From Mobula hypostoma (Eukaryota): DNA of 64,000 nucleotides. The notes below the pieces were generated by a model, which had not been told where the DNA came from, did no database searches, and saw nothing but the letters and a program-made list of their open reading frames with translations. The stretch lies in the NCBI RefSeq assembly GCF_963921235.1, contig NC_086097.1, positions 249,676,001 through 249,740,000 of the forward strand, read 5' to 3'. How positions within the stretch are numbered: position 1 is the first letter of the stretch; every line of letters begins with the position of its first letter. Shown here one piece after another: positions 12,676 through 25,899 of this stretch. A program made the translations under genes and the position numbers.

Positions 12676-14903
12676 CACATCAAAGTTGCTGGTGAACGCA
12701 GCAGGCCAGGCAGCATCTCTAGGAAGAGGTACAGTCGACGTTTCAGGCCGAGACCCTTCGTCAGGACTAACTGAAGGAAGAGTTAGTAAGAGATTTGAAA
12801 GTGGGAGGAGGAGGGGGAGATCCGAAATGATAGGAGAAGACAGGAGGGGGAGGGATGGAGCCAAGAGCTGGACAGGTGATTGGCAAAAGGGATGTGAGAG
12901 AATCATGGGACAGGAGGCCTAGGGAGAAGGAAAAGGGGAAGCGGGGGAAAACCCAGAGGATGGGCAAGGGGTATAGTCAAAGGGACAGAGGGAGAAAAAG
13001 GAGAGTGAGAGAAAGAATGTGTGTATATAAATAAATAATGGATGGGGTACGAGGGGGAGATGGGGCATTAGCGGAAGTTTGAGAAGTCAATGTTCATGCC
13101 ATGAGGTTGGAGGCTGCCCAGACGGAATATAAGGTGTTCTTCCTCCAACCTGAGTGTGGCTTCATCTTTACAGTAGAGGAGGCCGTGGATAGACATGTCA
13201 GAATGGGAATGGGATGTGGAATTAAAATGTGTGGCCACTGGGAGATCCTGCTTTCTCTGGCGGACAGAGCGTAGGTGTTCAGCAAAACGATCTCCTAGTC
13301 TGCTTCAGGTCTCACCAATATATAGAAGGCCACATCGGGAGCACCGGACGCAGTATATCACCCCAGCCGACTCACAGGTGAAGTGTCGCCTCACCTGGAA
13401 AGAACTGTCTGGGGCCCTGAATGGTGGTAAGGGAGGAAGTGTAAGGGCATGTGTAGCACTTGTTCCGCTTACACGGATAAGTGCCAGGAGGGACATCAGT
13501 GGGGAGGGATGGGGGCGACGAATGGACAAGGGAGTCGCGTAGGGAGCGATCCCTGCGCAAAGCTGGCGGGGGGAGCGAAAGATGTGCTTAGTGGTGGGAT
13601 CCCGTTGGAGGTGAAGGAAGTTGCGGAGAATAATATGTTGGACCTGGAGGCTGATGGGGTGGTAGGTGAGGACCAGGGGAGACCTATTCCTAGTGGGGTG
13701 GCGGGAGGATGGAGTGAGAGCAGATGTGCGTGAAATGGGGGAGATGCGTTTGAGAGCAGAGTTGATGGTGGAGGAAGGGAAGCCCCTTTCCTTAAAAAGA
13801 ATGACATCTCCCTCTTCCTGGAATGAAAAGCCTCATCCTGAGAGCAGATGCGGCAGAGACGAAGGAATTGCGAGAAGGGGATGGCATTTTTGCAAGAGAC
13901 AGGGTGAGAAGAGGGATAGTCCAGATAGCTGTGACAGTCAGTAGGCTTATAGGCTTATAGACATCAGTGGATAAGCTGTCTCCAGAGATAGAGACAGAAA
14001 GATCTAGAAAGGGGAGGGAGGTGTCGGAAATGACCAGTTAAACTTGAGGGCAGGGTGAAAGTTGGAGGCAAAGTTAATAAAGTCAACGAGCTCAGCATGC
14101 GTGCAGGAAGCAGCGCCAATGCAGTCATTGATGTAGCGAAAGAAAAGTGGGGGACAGATACCAGAATAGGTTCGGAACATAGATTGTTCCACAAAGCCAA
14201 CAAAAAGGCAGGCATAGCTAGGACCCATACGGGTGCCCATAGCTACACCTTTAGTTTGGAGGAAGTGGGAGGAGTCAAAGGAGAAATTATTAAGTGTAAG
14301 GACTAATTCCGCTAGACGGAGCAGAGTGGTGGTAGAGGGGAACTGATTCTGACATGTCTATCCACGGCCTCCTCTACTGTAAAGATGAAGCCACACTTAG
14401 GTTGGAGGAACAACTCCTTATATTCCGTCTGGGTAGCCTCCAACCTGATGGCATGAACATTGACTTCTCAAACTTCCGCTAATGCCCCACCTCCCCCTTG
14501 TACTCCATCCATTATTTATTTATATACACACATTCTTTCTTTCTCTCTCCTTTTTCTCCCTCTGTCCCTCTGACTATACCCCTTGCCCATCCTCTGGGTT
14601 TTCCCCCCCTCCCCGTTTTCCTTCCCCTGGGCCTCCTGTCCCATGATCCTCTCATACCCCCTTTGCCAATCACCTGTCCAACTCTTGGCTCCATCCCTCC
14701 CCCTCCTGTCTTCTCCTATCCTTTTGGATCTCCCACTTTCAAATCTCTTACTAACTCTTCCTTCAGTTAGTCCTGACGAAGGGTCGCGGCTTGAAACACC
14801 GACTGTACCTCTTCCTAGAGATGCTGCCTGGCCTGCTACGTTCACCAGCAACTTTGATGTGGGTTGCTTGAATTTCCAGCATCTGCAGAATTCCTCTTGA
14901 TTT
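12676..14903 (-). mobile_element. Penelope-like element: RT and GIY-YIG endonuclease fragment with inverted pseudo-LTRs
   Basis: RT MGTRMGPSYACLF..FRYIND; GIY-YIG FTCESAGVIYCVRCSRCGLLYIGET; arms 12676-13204 and 14346-14861 are inverted copies; 15-bp TSD CATCTTCCCAACTGA at 12661-12675 and 14904-14918. Confidence 0.9.
12732..12768 (-). ncRNA. Minimal type I hammerhead ribozyme motif in the PLE pseudo-LTR
   Basis: The minus strand reads AGUC-CUGACGA-AGGGUCUCGGCCU-GAAA-CG-UC-GACU: stem I, core boxes CUGANGA and GAAA, palindromic ACGU stem III, GUC cleavage triplet. Confidence 0.75.
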
Positions 14904-15194
14904 CATCTTCCCAACTGAGGTCAGATTAACTGGCCTATAATTTCCTTTCCTCTGCTTCTCTCCCTTCTTGAAGAGTAGAGTCACATTTGCAATTTTTCAG
15001 TCCTCCAGAACCATTCCAGAATCTAGTGATTCTTGAACGATCATTACTAATGCCTTCATGATCTCTTCAGCCACCTCCTTCAGAACTCTGGGGTGTACAA
15101 CATCTGGTCCAGGTGACTTATCAACCTTCAGACATTTCAGCTTCCCAAGCATCTTCTCCTTAATAATAGCAACTGAACTTACTTCTGCCCTGTG

Positions 15195-15501
15195 TTATAG
15201 GCATCCATTAGTCTCATGAGACCATGGATTTGTGCCTTGGAAAGTTTACAGGGCACAGGTTGGGCAAGATTGTATGGAAGACTGGCAGTTGCCCATGCTG
15301 CAAGTCTCCCCTCTCCATGCCACCGATGTTGTCCAAGGGAAGGGCACTAGGACCCACACAGCTTGGCACAGGTGTCGTCGCAGAGCAATGTGTGGTTAAG
15401 TGCCTTGCTCAAGGACACAACACGCTGCCTCAGCTGAGGCTCGAACTAGCGACCTTCAGATCACTAGACTGATACCTTAACCACTTGGCTATGTGCCAAC
15501 A
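15195..15501 (-). mobile_element. tRNA-derived SINE with CORE-like domain and RTE-like 3' end
   Basis: A box TAGCCAAGTGG, B box GTTCGAGCC, GTGTCCTTGAGCAAGGCACTTAACC; 10-bp TSD CTGCCCTGTG at 15185-15194 and 15502-15511; same family as 51981-52282. Confidence 0.8.
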
Positions 15502-17204
15502 CTGCCCTGTGATGCTCTCTAATTTCTGGCATACTGCTGGTATCTTGCACAGTGAAGACTGACACAAAACACATATTATGTTCCTCATCCATTTTATTGT
15601 CCCCTATTAATACCTCTTCAATGTCATTTTCCAGTGGTCCGATACCCACTCTCACCTCTCTTTTACTCTTCCTATATTTGAAAAAAATAACATTTGGAAT
15701 CCTCTTTTATATTATTGGCTAGCTTACCTTCATATTTCATCTTTCTCTCCCTATGACTTTTTTAGTTGTCTTCTGTTGATTTTTAAAGGCTGCCCAATCA
15801 TCTAACTTTTTGTCATATTTTATGCCCTATCTTTTGCTTTTATGCTGTCTTTGACTTCCCTTCTCAGCCACGGTTGCATCATCCTGCCTTTAGAGTACCT
15901 CTTCTTTGGGATGTATCTATCCTGCTCCCAGAAACTCCAGTCATGTTCTTCTGCCATCATCCTTGCTAGTGTCCCCTTCCAACCAACTTTGGCCAGCTCC
16001 TCCCTCATGCCTCTGTACATGCCTTTACTCCACTGTGTTACTGAAACATTTGACTTTATCTTTTCCCTCTCAAACTGTAAAGTGAATTCTGTCATATCAT
16101 GACAACTGCCTCCCAAGAGTTCCTTTGCCTTCAGCTCCCTGATCAAATCTGGGTCATTACATACCACCCAATCCGGAATTCCCTTTGTGCTCAACCACAA
16201 GCTGCTCTAAAAAGCCATCTTGCAGGCATTCTACAAATTCCCCTTCTTGGGACCCAACACCAAACTGATTTTCCCAAGCTACCTGCATATTGAAATCCCC
16301 CACAGCTTTTCTATCTCCCTTTCTGATCTGTATCCCACATTTGGACTATTATTCAGGAGCTGTGTATAACTCTTTTTACCCATTGCAACCTCTTAACTCT
16401 GCTCACAAGGATTCTACACTTCTGATCCCATGTCATCTCTTTCTAAGGATTTGTTTTCGTTTTTTACTAACAGAGCCACGCCACCCCTCTCTGCCTACCT
16501 GTGTGTCCTTTCAACGTAATGTGTACCCTTGGATGTTAAGCTCCCAACTGTGATCTTCTTTCATCCATGACTCAGTGATCCCTACAACATCATACCTGCC
16601 AATCTCTAACTGTGCTACAAAAACCACCTGCAAGCATTCAAATAACAACACCTTCGGTCCTGTATTCATCACCCTTGTTGATTTTGCCCCCACGTCACAC
16701 TGCGTCTCATCCCGCTGACTGTAATTTTCCCCATCATCTGCCTGTCCTTCCTCACAGTCTCACTACACACTGCATCTTCCTGTATGACAATTGCCCCATC
16801 CTCTGCTCTGTCATTCCGGTTCCTCTTGCCAAATTAGTTTAAACCCTCCCCAACAGCTCCAGCCAACCTGTCCGCACAGATATTGGACCCTCTTGGGTTC
16901 AGGTATGACCATTTTTTTTTGTACAGGACATACCTTCCCCAGAAGGGATCCGAATACTCCAGAGATCTGCAACTCTGCCTCCTACACCAATTCCTTGGCC
17001 ATGCATTCACCTGCCAAATCATCCTATTCTCACCCTCACTGCCACTGCAATCCAGAGATTACTACAGATTACTATAAATGAAGGCAAGCTTTTTCAGACC
17101 ACTTATCAGGACTGGTAAGGAAGGAGAGCGAAGCCAGAATGAATTTGGGGGTGGGAGGGAAGGTAAAAAGTTTCATTTTCAAATTCCAAAGTAAAATAGA
17201 TATT

Positions 17205-17710
17205 TCCTGTACCTAATAAAGTGGCCACTGAGTGTATGTTTGTGGTCGTCTGCTGCTGTAGCCCGTCCACTTCAAGGTGCAAGGATGCTCTTCTGCACAC
17301 CACTGTTGTAACCTGTGGTTATTTGAGTTACTGTCTCCTTCTCTGTCAGCTTGAACCATTCTGGCCATTCTCCTCTGACCTCTCACATGAACAGGGCATT
17401 TTCATCCACAGAACTGCCACTCACTGTATGTTTTTTTTCACACCTTTCACTGTAAACTCTAGAAACGGTTGTGCATGAAAATCCCAGGAGATCAGCAGAT
17501 TCTGGGATACTCAAACCACCCATGTGGCACCAACAATCAAAGTCATTTAGATCACATTTCTTCCCCATTCTGGTGTTTAGTCTGGACAATAAATGAACCT
17601 TTTGACCATGTCTGCATGCTTTCATGGATTGAGTTGCTGTCACATGATTAGCTGATTAGATATTTGCAGTAACAAGCAGGAGTACAGGTTGTACCTAATA
17701 AAGTGGCTAT
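17205..17710 (-). mobile_element. Tc1/mariner deletion derivative
   Basis: MGKKCDLNDFD..GLSIPESADLLGFSCTTVSRVY is a Tc1 transposase N-terminal HTH; terminal motif GTACCTAATAAAGTGGC at 17209 and 17691. Confidence 0.75.
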
Positions 17711-17859
17711 CTTATTATCTTTATCTTTCAGCAGTCAATCCGGGTCGTGGATAAATTAATTCCACTCCAGTTATGAGGAATGGGAAATGCCAGTGCATCA
17801 ACTCATTATATGCTACCTTGAGATTCATTTACTTGCAGGCATTCACAGAGGAACAAAGA

Positions 17860-18570
17860 ATTGTTTTAAGTGCAGAGAAAATTCAAAAATCAGAGGTGCA
17901 AAGTGTATGGGAGTCCTTGTGTAGGATTCCCTAAAGGTTAATTGCAGGTTGAGTTGGTGGTGAGGAAGGCAAATGCAATGTTAGCATTCAAAGAGTACAA
18001 GAGCAAGGATGTGATGCTGAGGACTTATAAGGCACTGGTGAGGCCTCACTTTGAGTACTGTGAACAGTCTTGGGCTCCTCATCTAAGAAAAGATGTGTTG
18101 GCATTGGAGAGGGTCCAGAGGAGGTTCACATGGATGATTCCGGGAATGAAAGGGTTATCATACGAGGAACATTTGATGGCTCTGGGTCAGTACTCACTGG
18201 AAATTAGAGGGATGAGTGGGGATCTCATTGAAACCTTTCAGATGTTGATGTGGAAAGGATGTTTCCCATGGTGGAGGAATCTAGGACAAGAGGGCACAGC
18301 TTCAAAATGGACGGACATCCATTTAAAACAAAGATATGGAGAAATTTCTTTACCCAGAGGGTGGTGAATTTGTGGAATTTATTACCGCAGACAGCTGTAG
18401 AGGCCAGGTTGTTGAGTGTATTTAAGGTAGAGCTTGATAGATTCTTGATTACGGGAAGAGGAGCTGAGGAGGGGAGAAAAAAGAATCTGCCCATGATTAA
18501 CTGGCAGAGCAAACTCGATAGGCCAAATGGATTAATTCTACTTCTAACGTGTTCTGATCTTAAGGTCTAA
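17860..18570 (+). mobile_element. CR1 3' fragment
   Basis: YKALVRPHFEYC, LERVQRRFT, SRTRGHS, NFFTQRVVNLWNLLP. Confidence 0.85.
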
Positions 18571-18744
18571 GTGAGTAAACATTCAAGTAAGCGTAAAGGG
18601 CCAGGACCCTTCATCAGGACTGACAATACTCTAGAGTTAACCAGAGGTTTATAAAGTTGTAACATAACTTCCTGACTTTTGAACTCAATGCCTCAACTAT
18701 TAAAAACAAGCATTTCATAAGCCTTCTTAACCACTTTATCGATG

Positions 18745-20300
18745 GGAGCACTGCAGGGATGTATACTCAGTCCTCTGCTCTACTCACCTTACACCTATGA
18801 CTGTACAGCTCCAACAATATATACAAGTCTGCTGATGACACACTGTTGTGGGTTGTATCAAACGGGGTGATGAAACAGAGACTGACAACTTGGCTGAGTG
18901 GTGTAATAACAACAACCTCTGACTCAATGTCAATAAGATCAAAGAATTGATTGTAGACTTCAGGAGCTCCTTGAAAGTAGCATTACAACTAGACAGGATA
19001 GTGAAGAAGCTTCAGTGGTGGGGGCATTGTGTCTAGGAGCCAGGAAGTCAATGTGCAGCTCTGTATGACTGATTAAGCCACACTGGAGTATGGTATGCAT
19101 TCTGATCACCCCTTAGCAGGAATATGTGGAGTCGTCAGAGAGCAACTGAAGAGATTCGCCAGTATGCTGCCTGGATTATAGAGTATTAACTGTAAGGAAA
19201 TGTAGATCAAACTTAAATTAATTTCTCTGCAGCACTGGAGACTGACAGGAGACTTGATGGAGGTTTATAAAATAATCAGATGTGTAGATAGGGTATATAG
19301 GGTCCTTTTCCTAGGGCAGAAATGGTATTACCAGCAAACATAGCCTTAAGATAAGAGACAGGGAAATTTAAAGGAGGTGTGTGCAATGGCAGCAGACAGT
19401 GGCATTTAAGAGGCATTTAGACAGGTGAATGAAAACAAGGGATCGAAGCAATCTGTATTTTATTGTGGCAGAGAAGTTTGTTTAATTTGTCATTTTGGCT
19501 GGTTCAGACATTGTGGGAAGAAAAACCTGTTCTTGTGCTGAAGTGTTCGATGTACAGAAAAGGCAATGGAATATTTTAGAAGTACTAAAGGTTAAATTGC
19601 AGGTTGAGTCTGTGGTGAGGAAGGCAAATGCAATGTTAGCATTAATTTCAAGAGAACTAGAATATAAGAACAAGGATGTAATGTTGAAACTTTATAAAGC
19701 ACTGGTAGTGCCTCACTTGGAGTATTGTGAGCAGGTTTGGGCCCCTTATCTTAGAAAAGATGTGCTGACATTGGAGAGGGTTCAGAGGAGATTCACAAGA
19801 ATGATTCCGGGAGTGAAAGGGTTACCATATGAGGACTAATTGATGGCTCTAGGTCTGTACTCACTGGAATTCAGAAGAATGAAAGGGAATTTCACTGAAT
19901 CTTGATGAGGGTCTTGGCCCAAAATGTCGACTGTTTACCTTTTTCCATAGAAGCTGCCTGACCTGCTGAGTTCCTCCAGTATTTTGTGTGTGTTGCTGGG
20001 ATCTATTGAAACCTATCGAATGGTGAAAGGCCTCGATAGAGTGGATGTGTGTATGTGGAGTGATTGGCTCCTATGGTGTGGGAGTCTAGGACCAGAGGGC
20101 ACAGCCCCAGAATAGAGGAGGCCAAGTCACTGCGTATATTTAAGGCAGAGGTTGATAGATTCTTAATTAGTCAGGGCATGAAAGGATATGGAGAGAATGT
20201 AGGAGATTGGGGACGAGGGGGAATTGAATCAGCCATGATGAAATGACAGAGAAGAGTCGATGGGCCAAATGGCTAACTCTAATTATGGTCTTATGGTCTA
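18745..20300 (+). mobile_element. Cluster: Rex-type RT fragment (18745-18965), two degenerate CR1 3' fragments, and a PLE short repeat at ~19900-19997
   Basis: QGCILSPLLYS..ADDT; LYKALVVPHLEYC..QRRFTRMIPG; CTTGATGAGGG..GTCGACTG block. Confidence 0.7.
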
Positions 20301-20309
20301 AATACAATA

Positions 20310-20910
20310 GATTCAATGAAAATCTACACCCAAACAAGGACCGACAAATAACCAATGTGCAAAATAAAGATAAAAGGGTGAAAATAAATATAAATAAATA
20401 AATAATACTGAGAATATGTGTTCTAGAGTCATTGAATGTTTGTCCATAGGCTGTGGAATCAGGTCAGTGTTGAGCTGAGTGAAGTTACCCCTCTGATTCA
20501 AAAGCCTCATGGCTGAGGGATAACAACTGTTCCTGAACGTGCAGGTGTAGGACCTAAGAATGCAGTACCTCCTTCCCAATTGCAGCAGCAGGAAGAGAGC
20601 ATGGCCTGGGTGACGGGGCTCCTTGACGATGGACGTTCATTCCCTGTGACAGCTCTCCTTGTAGATGGACTTACTGTTGGGGAGGGCTTTACCCAAGACG
20701 GACTGAGTTGTGTCCACCCGATTTTTCTGGGCTTTTCCATTCCTGGACATGGGTGTTTCCATACCAGGCCATGATGCAGCCATCAGGACACTCTCCACTG
20801 CACGTCTATAGAAGTTTGTTGGCATGCCAAATCTACGCGAACTTGTAAGAGAGTAGAGGCGCTGTCATGCCTTCTTTACGATGACACTCACATGCTGGTC
20901 CAGGTACATA
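20310..20910 (-). mobile_element. Rex1/Babar-type LINE 3' fragment
   Basis: NFYRRAVESVL and GRRY..FRNSCYPSAMRLLN. Confidence 0.75.
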
Positions 20911-21089
20911 ACCTCTGATATGGTAAAACCACAAAACATAGTAGCATATTTAGGCCATTCAGCCCATTGGATCTGCTCCACCATTCCACCATAACGCCAA
21001 GACACCCACTCAACCTCCGATTTAAAGATGTGTATTTTAGATTTGGCAGGAAGCTCCCGGTGTTCTTAGCAGCAGAGAACTCTCCTCCG

Positions 21090-21470
21090 GAAAGGCTAAG
21101 CCATTTCAAGTTCCTCAGTATCAACATCTCTGAAGATCTATCCTGGGCCCAACATATGGATACAATTACAAACAAGACACGTCAGCAGCTATATTTAATT
21201 GAGCGTTTGAGGAGATTGTTATTTTCTACAGGTGTACTGTGGGGAGCATTTTAGCTGGTTGCATCACTGCAATGGAGGGGCCACTGCCCAGGATCGGAGA
21301 AAGCTTCAGAGAGTTGTAAACTCAGCCAGCTCCATCACTGACACTAACCTCGTCATGATCGAGGACATCTTCAAACAACGATGCCTCAAGAAGGTGATGT
21401 CTATCAGTAAGAACCCCATCACCCAGGACAAGCCCCTCTTCTCATTATTATCATCAAGGAGGTGGTACAG
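21090..21470 (+). mobile_element. Rex1/Babar-type LINE fragment
   Basis: FKFLSINISEDLSW, QDRRKLQRVV, LFSLLSSRR. Confidence 0.7.
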
Positions 21471-21574
21471 TGATATACTTTTTAAAGGTATTGCATTATC
21501 CTGCTACCACAAAACAATAAATTTCACAAAATACGTCAGTGATATTAAATCTGATTCTCTGTATATTTCTGAGA

Positions 21575-21935
21575 CAGGGACCATTTACAACAGGCACCTC
21601 AAGACATTGGAAGGATGCCACCAATGCTGTCTCTGCCAAATCCAACTGATCCACTGAAAGGATAAGTACACCTTGGCTAACATCCACACTTTGAGGCCCT
21701 AATTTCATTCAGTCAGACACATTGATCAGGGTAAGTGGTTGACACCAGACGCCAGACACTCCGAAGCAAATCACTACATTCTAGGTCCTAACTCAAAAGA
21801 TGACGAGAAGGACAGAGGAAGAGATTCAAGGATTTCTTCAGGAAAATCACCGTAATTCAGGTGGATTTCTGGTCCATGAAAAGTTGAAGTGAGGAAACAT
21901 TCAGGATGGCACTGAGGTCTTCGATTCCATATGCC
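21575..21935 (+). mobile_element. RTE-clade LINE C-terminal fragment, very degenerate
   Basis: TIYNRHLKTLEGCHQCCLCQI and a downstream GQRKRFKD-like segment. Confidence 0.5.
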
Positions 21936-22019
21936 TAATGAAGTTTTAAAACGTTCAGGACTTGACCACGAATCAAATCAGAGAAACAAAATCACCACAC
22001 CAGATCATTGAATTGGATT

Positions 22020-22765
22020 GACCTTATTTCTTACACCCTTCATATACATGAGGAGTAAAAATCTTTACATTACATCTCCATCTAAATGTGCAATATGCAA
22101 TTTATAGTAATTTATAATGAATAGTATGTACAACAGGATAGTCAATATAACATAGAAATACAGTTGTGTCAGCATGAATTAATCAGTCTGATGGCCTGGT
22201 GGAATAAGATGTCCTGGAGACTGTTGGTCCTGGCTTTTATGCTGCGGTACCGTTTCCCGGATGGTAGCAGCTGGAACAGTTTGTGGTCGGGGTGACTCAG
22301 ATCCCCAGTGATCCTTTGGGCCCTTTTTACACACCTGTCTTTGTAAATGTCCTGAACAGTGGGAAGTTCACATCTACAGATGTGCTGGGCTGTCCGCACC
22401 ACTCTCTGCGGAGTCCTGCGATTGAGTGAAGTACAGTTCCCATACCAGGCAGTGATGCAGCCAGTCAGGATGCTCTCAGTCGTGCCCCTGTAGAAAGTTC
22501 TTAGGATTTGGGAGCCCATAACAAACTTCTTCAACCGTCTGAGGTGAAAGGCGCTGTTGTGCCTTTTTCACCCCACAGCCGGTATGTACAGACCACGTGT
22601 GATCCTTGGTGATGTTTATGCTGAGGAACTTAAAGCTGTTCACCCTCTCAACCCCAGATCCATTGATGTCAATAGGGACTATGTTGTCTCCATTGCTCCT
22701 CTAGTCCACAACCAGCTCCTTTGTTTTTGTGACATTGAGGGAGAGGTTGTTTTCTTGACACCACG
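22020..22765 (-). mobile_element. Rex1/Babar-type LINE 3' fragment
   Basis: FYRGTTESILTGCITAWYGNC..LFQLLPSGKRYRS. Confidence 0.8.
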
Positions 22766-23489
22766 TCATCTGCAATCTGTTAATATGATGGTGGTATCTA
22801 CCATCACAAAACAGTATAAATCATGCCAAAAGTTCCACCATTTTTTGAGGCCTGAAGGTTGACGAGGTCAGGACATTGAAACCCAATGGCCAACGTGTGG
22901 GTCCACAGCTTTGAGTCCGCTGGGGAAGTTAGCTCATTGTCTGTGAGTGCACTGGAGGCAGGAGGCCCGAAGACCTGTACTGTACTGGGTTTGGAGGACC
23001 GTCTGTGAGTGGGTGGGAGGAGGGAGGAATGGGGCTTGTTTTGCTGTTGTTTGTTTGCTTGTTGTACTCTCTTTTGCTGTGTTCTGGGTTGCTCTGCTGA
23101 GCACCGTGAGCACGTTATGTTGCTGCTGGAATGTGTGGCGACACTTGCGGGTTGTCCCAGCACATCCTTGGGTTGTGTGGGTTGTTAATGCAAATGGCAG
23201 ATTTCAAGCTCAAGTTCAGTGTCAACCACAGTTCATTGTCATTCGACCGCACACATGATATGAGCAAAACCAATTAAGGGCACTACCAGAAGGAGAATGT
23301 TGCGGTCAGTTGTGTTGAAGGCATCACTTAGCAATAGGAGAATTAGAACTGAGCCCCTATCGGCATCAGTGCTGAGCCTGAGGTTGCTGGTCACGGCCTC
23401 TCTGTGCTGTGGTTCGCTGACTGAAACCTGAGCATGAATGGCTAAACTGGGATATCTGCAGGAGACGAGTCAAGCAACAACTTAACATC

Positions 23490-24295
23490 AGACCATAAGA
23501 GCAGAGTTAGGCCCATTGCGTCTGCTCTGTCATTCCATCATGGCTGATTTATTATCCTTCTCAACCCAGTTCTCTAGTCTGCTCTCCATGACCTTTGACA
23601 CCCTGATTAATCAAGAGCCTGTCAATCTCTGCTTTAAATATACCCAATGACTTGGTCTCCACAGCTGTCTGTGGCAACGAATTCCACAGACTCACCACCC
23701 TCTGGCTGAAGAAGTTCCTCCTCATCTCTGTTTTAAGTGGACGTCCCTCAGTTCTGAGGCTGTGCCCTCTGATCCTAGACTCTCCCACTATTGGAAACGT
23801 CCTCTCCACTTCCACTCTATCTAGGCCTTTCAGAATTCAATAGGCTTCAATGAGATCCTCCCTCATTCTTCTAAATTCCAGCAAGTACAGAGCCAGAGCC
23901 ATCAAATGCTCATCATATGTTAACCCTTTCATTCCGGGGATCTTTCTCATGAGCCTCCTCTGGATCCTCTCCAATGCCAGCACGTCTTTTCTTCAATAAG
24001 AAGGCCAAAACCGCTCACAATGCCCCAAGGGCAGACTGACCGATGCCTTATAAAGCCTCAGCATTACATCCATGCTTTTATATTCTAATTCTCTCAAAAT
24101 GAATGCTGATATTGCATTTGCCTTCCTCACCACTGACTCAACCTGCAAGGAAGCCTTTAAGGAATCCTACACGAGGGTTCCTAAGTGCCGTTGAACCTCT
24201 GATTTTTGAATTTTATCTCCATTTAGAAAATAGTCCACACCTTTATTCCTTCTGCCAAACTGCATAACCATGCACTTCTCTATTTTATATTCCAT
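23490..24295 (-). mobile_element. CR1 3' fragment
   Basis: ESRIRGHSL..RRNFFSQRVVSLWNSLP followed by a CR1 3' UTR. Confidence 0.85.
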
Positions 24296-24904
24296 CATGG
24301 ATGCAGTCATCCTAGACAGGTTGCCTCACGACAATCCCTGGGTATATCCTGTTCGTGCAGCGGGGAAGACAGCAGGAGCTGTGACAGGCAGGAGAAGATG
24401 GACTTAAACTGTCAGAAGAAATCCGATTTACCTTCGTAGCAGCAGGTCAAAATGGACAATCAGAATGTAGGACACAGAATATTTTAGCCCTTCTGCTCAC
24501 AGCTGACCTTTTAACCTAGTCAGAGATCAATCTAACCCTTCCCTCCTGCATAACCCTCCATTTTTCTATCATCTATATGCCTGCCTAAGAGTCTCTTCAA
24601 TGCCTTTAATGTATTTGCCTCTACCAGTACCCCTGGCAGTGGGTTCTATGCAGCCACTACTCTCTGTAAAAAAACTACCTTTCACATTCCCCCTCCCCTA
24701 TACTTTCCTCCCAGTATTAGCCATTTCTACCTTGGGAAAAAGTCTTTTGTGTGTCCACTTGATCTTATCATCTTGTACACCTCGATCAAGTCACCTCTCA
24801 TCCTTCATTCCAAAGAGAAAAGCCCTAACTCACTGAACTATCCTTATAAAACACGCTCTCTAATCCAGGCAGCATCCTGATAAATCTCCTCTGCATTCTT
24901 CCTA

Positions 24905-25650
24905 TAATACTTTATTGTCGCCAAACAATTGGTACTAGAACGTACGATCATCACAGCGATATTTGATTCTGCGCTTCCCACTCCCTGGATTACAAATATT
25001 AAATATATTAAAAAGAGTTAAAGTTAGTAAATATTAAACATTTAAATTATAAATCATAAATAGAAAATAGAAAATTGGGAAGTAAGGTAGTGCAAAAAAA
25101 CCGAGAGGCAGGTCCAGATATTTGGAAGGTATGGCCCAGATCTGGGTCAGGATCCATTCAGTATTCTTATCACAGTTGGAAAGAAGCTGTTCCCAAATCT
25201 GGCCGTACGAGTCTTCAAACTCCTGAACCTTCTCCCGGAGGGAAGAGGGACGAAAAGTCTGTTGGCTGGGTGGGTCGTGTCCTTGATTATCCTGGCAGCA
25301 CTGATCCGACAGCGTGCGGTGTAAAGTGAGTCCAAGGATGGAAGATTGGTTTGTCTGATGTGCTGGGCCGTGTTCACGATCTTCTGCAGCTTCTTTTGGT
25401 CTTAGACAGGACAACTTCCATACCAGGTTGTGATGCACCCTAGAAGAATGCTTTCTACGGTGCATCTATAAAAATTAGTGAGAGTTTTAAGGGACAGGCC
25501 AAATTTCTTTAGTTTTCTCAGGAAGTAAAGGCGCTGGTGGGCCTTCTTGGCAGTGAACTCTGCTTGGTTGGACCAAGTCAGGTCATTTGTGATATTGACC
25601 CCGAGGAACTTAAAGCTTTTGGCCTGTTCCACTTGCGCACCACCGATGTA
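24905..25650 (-). mobile_element. Rex1/Babar LINE 3' fragment inserted in an old CR1 (24480-25730)
   Basis: FKFLGVNITNDLTW..KKAHQRLYFLRKL..FYRCTVESIL. CR1 DRPHLVHCVQFWSP lies directly adjacent in ORF 25402..25824. Confidence 0.85.
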
Positions 25651-25899
25651 AATTGGTGACCAGAACTGAACACAATGTACCAAGTGTGGTCTATCAAGGG
25701 CTTTAGAGAGCTGCAACCATACCTTGTGGCTGGTGAATTCAAATTTACAATCAATTTTTGATCTAGCATGTAGCATTTCATACAACCGTGTCTGTAACCT
25801 AGTCCGTACACGAGTTACCTTCAAAGATTACGCTGAATTCTCACTCCTCACCTAATCACTCCAAATCTGTGCTCACGAGCCCACGTCAAAATAAAGAGA

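Larger units (their letters stand above)
12135..17065 (-). mobile_element. Degenerate CR1 (ORF1 esterase end, ORF2 EN and RT) hosting a PLE and a SINE
   Basis: FWGRYVLY..LNPRGSNI..AVGEGLN (ORF1 SGNH end), YDVVGITESW, NYRPVNLTSVGKM, QHGFLQGKSC, YLDFQKAFDKV. Confidence 0.85.
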
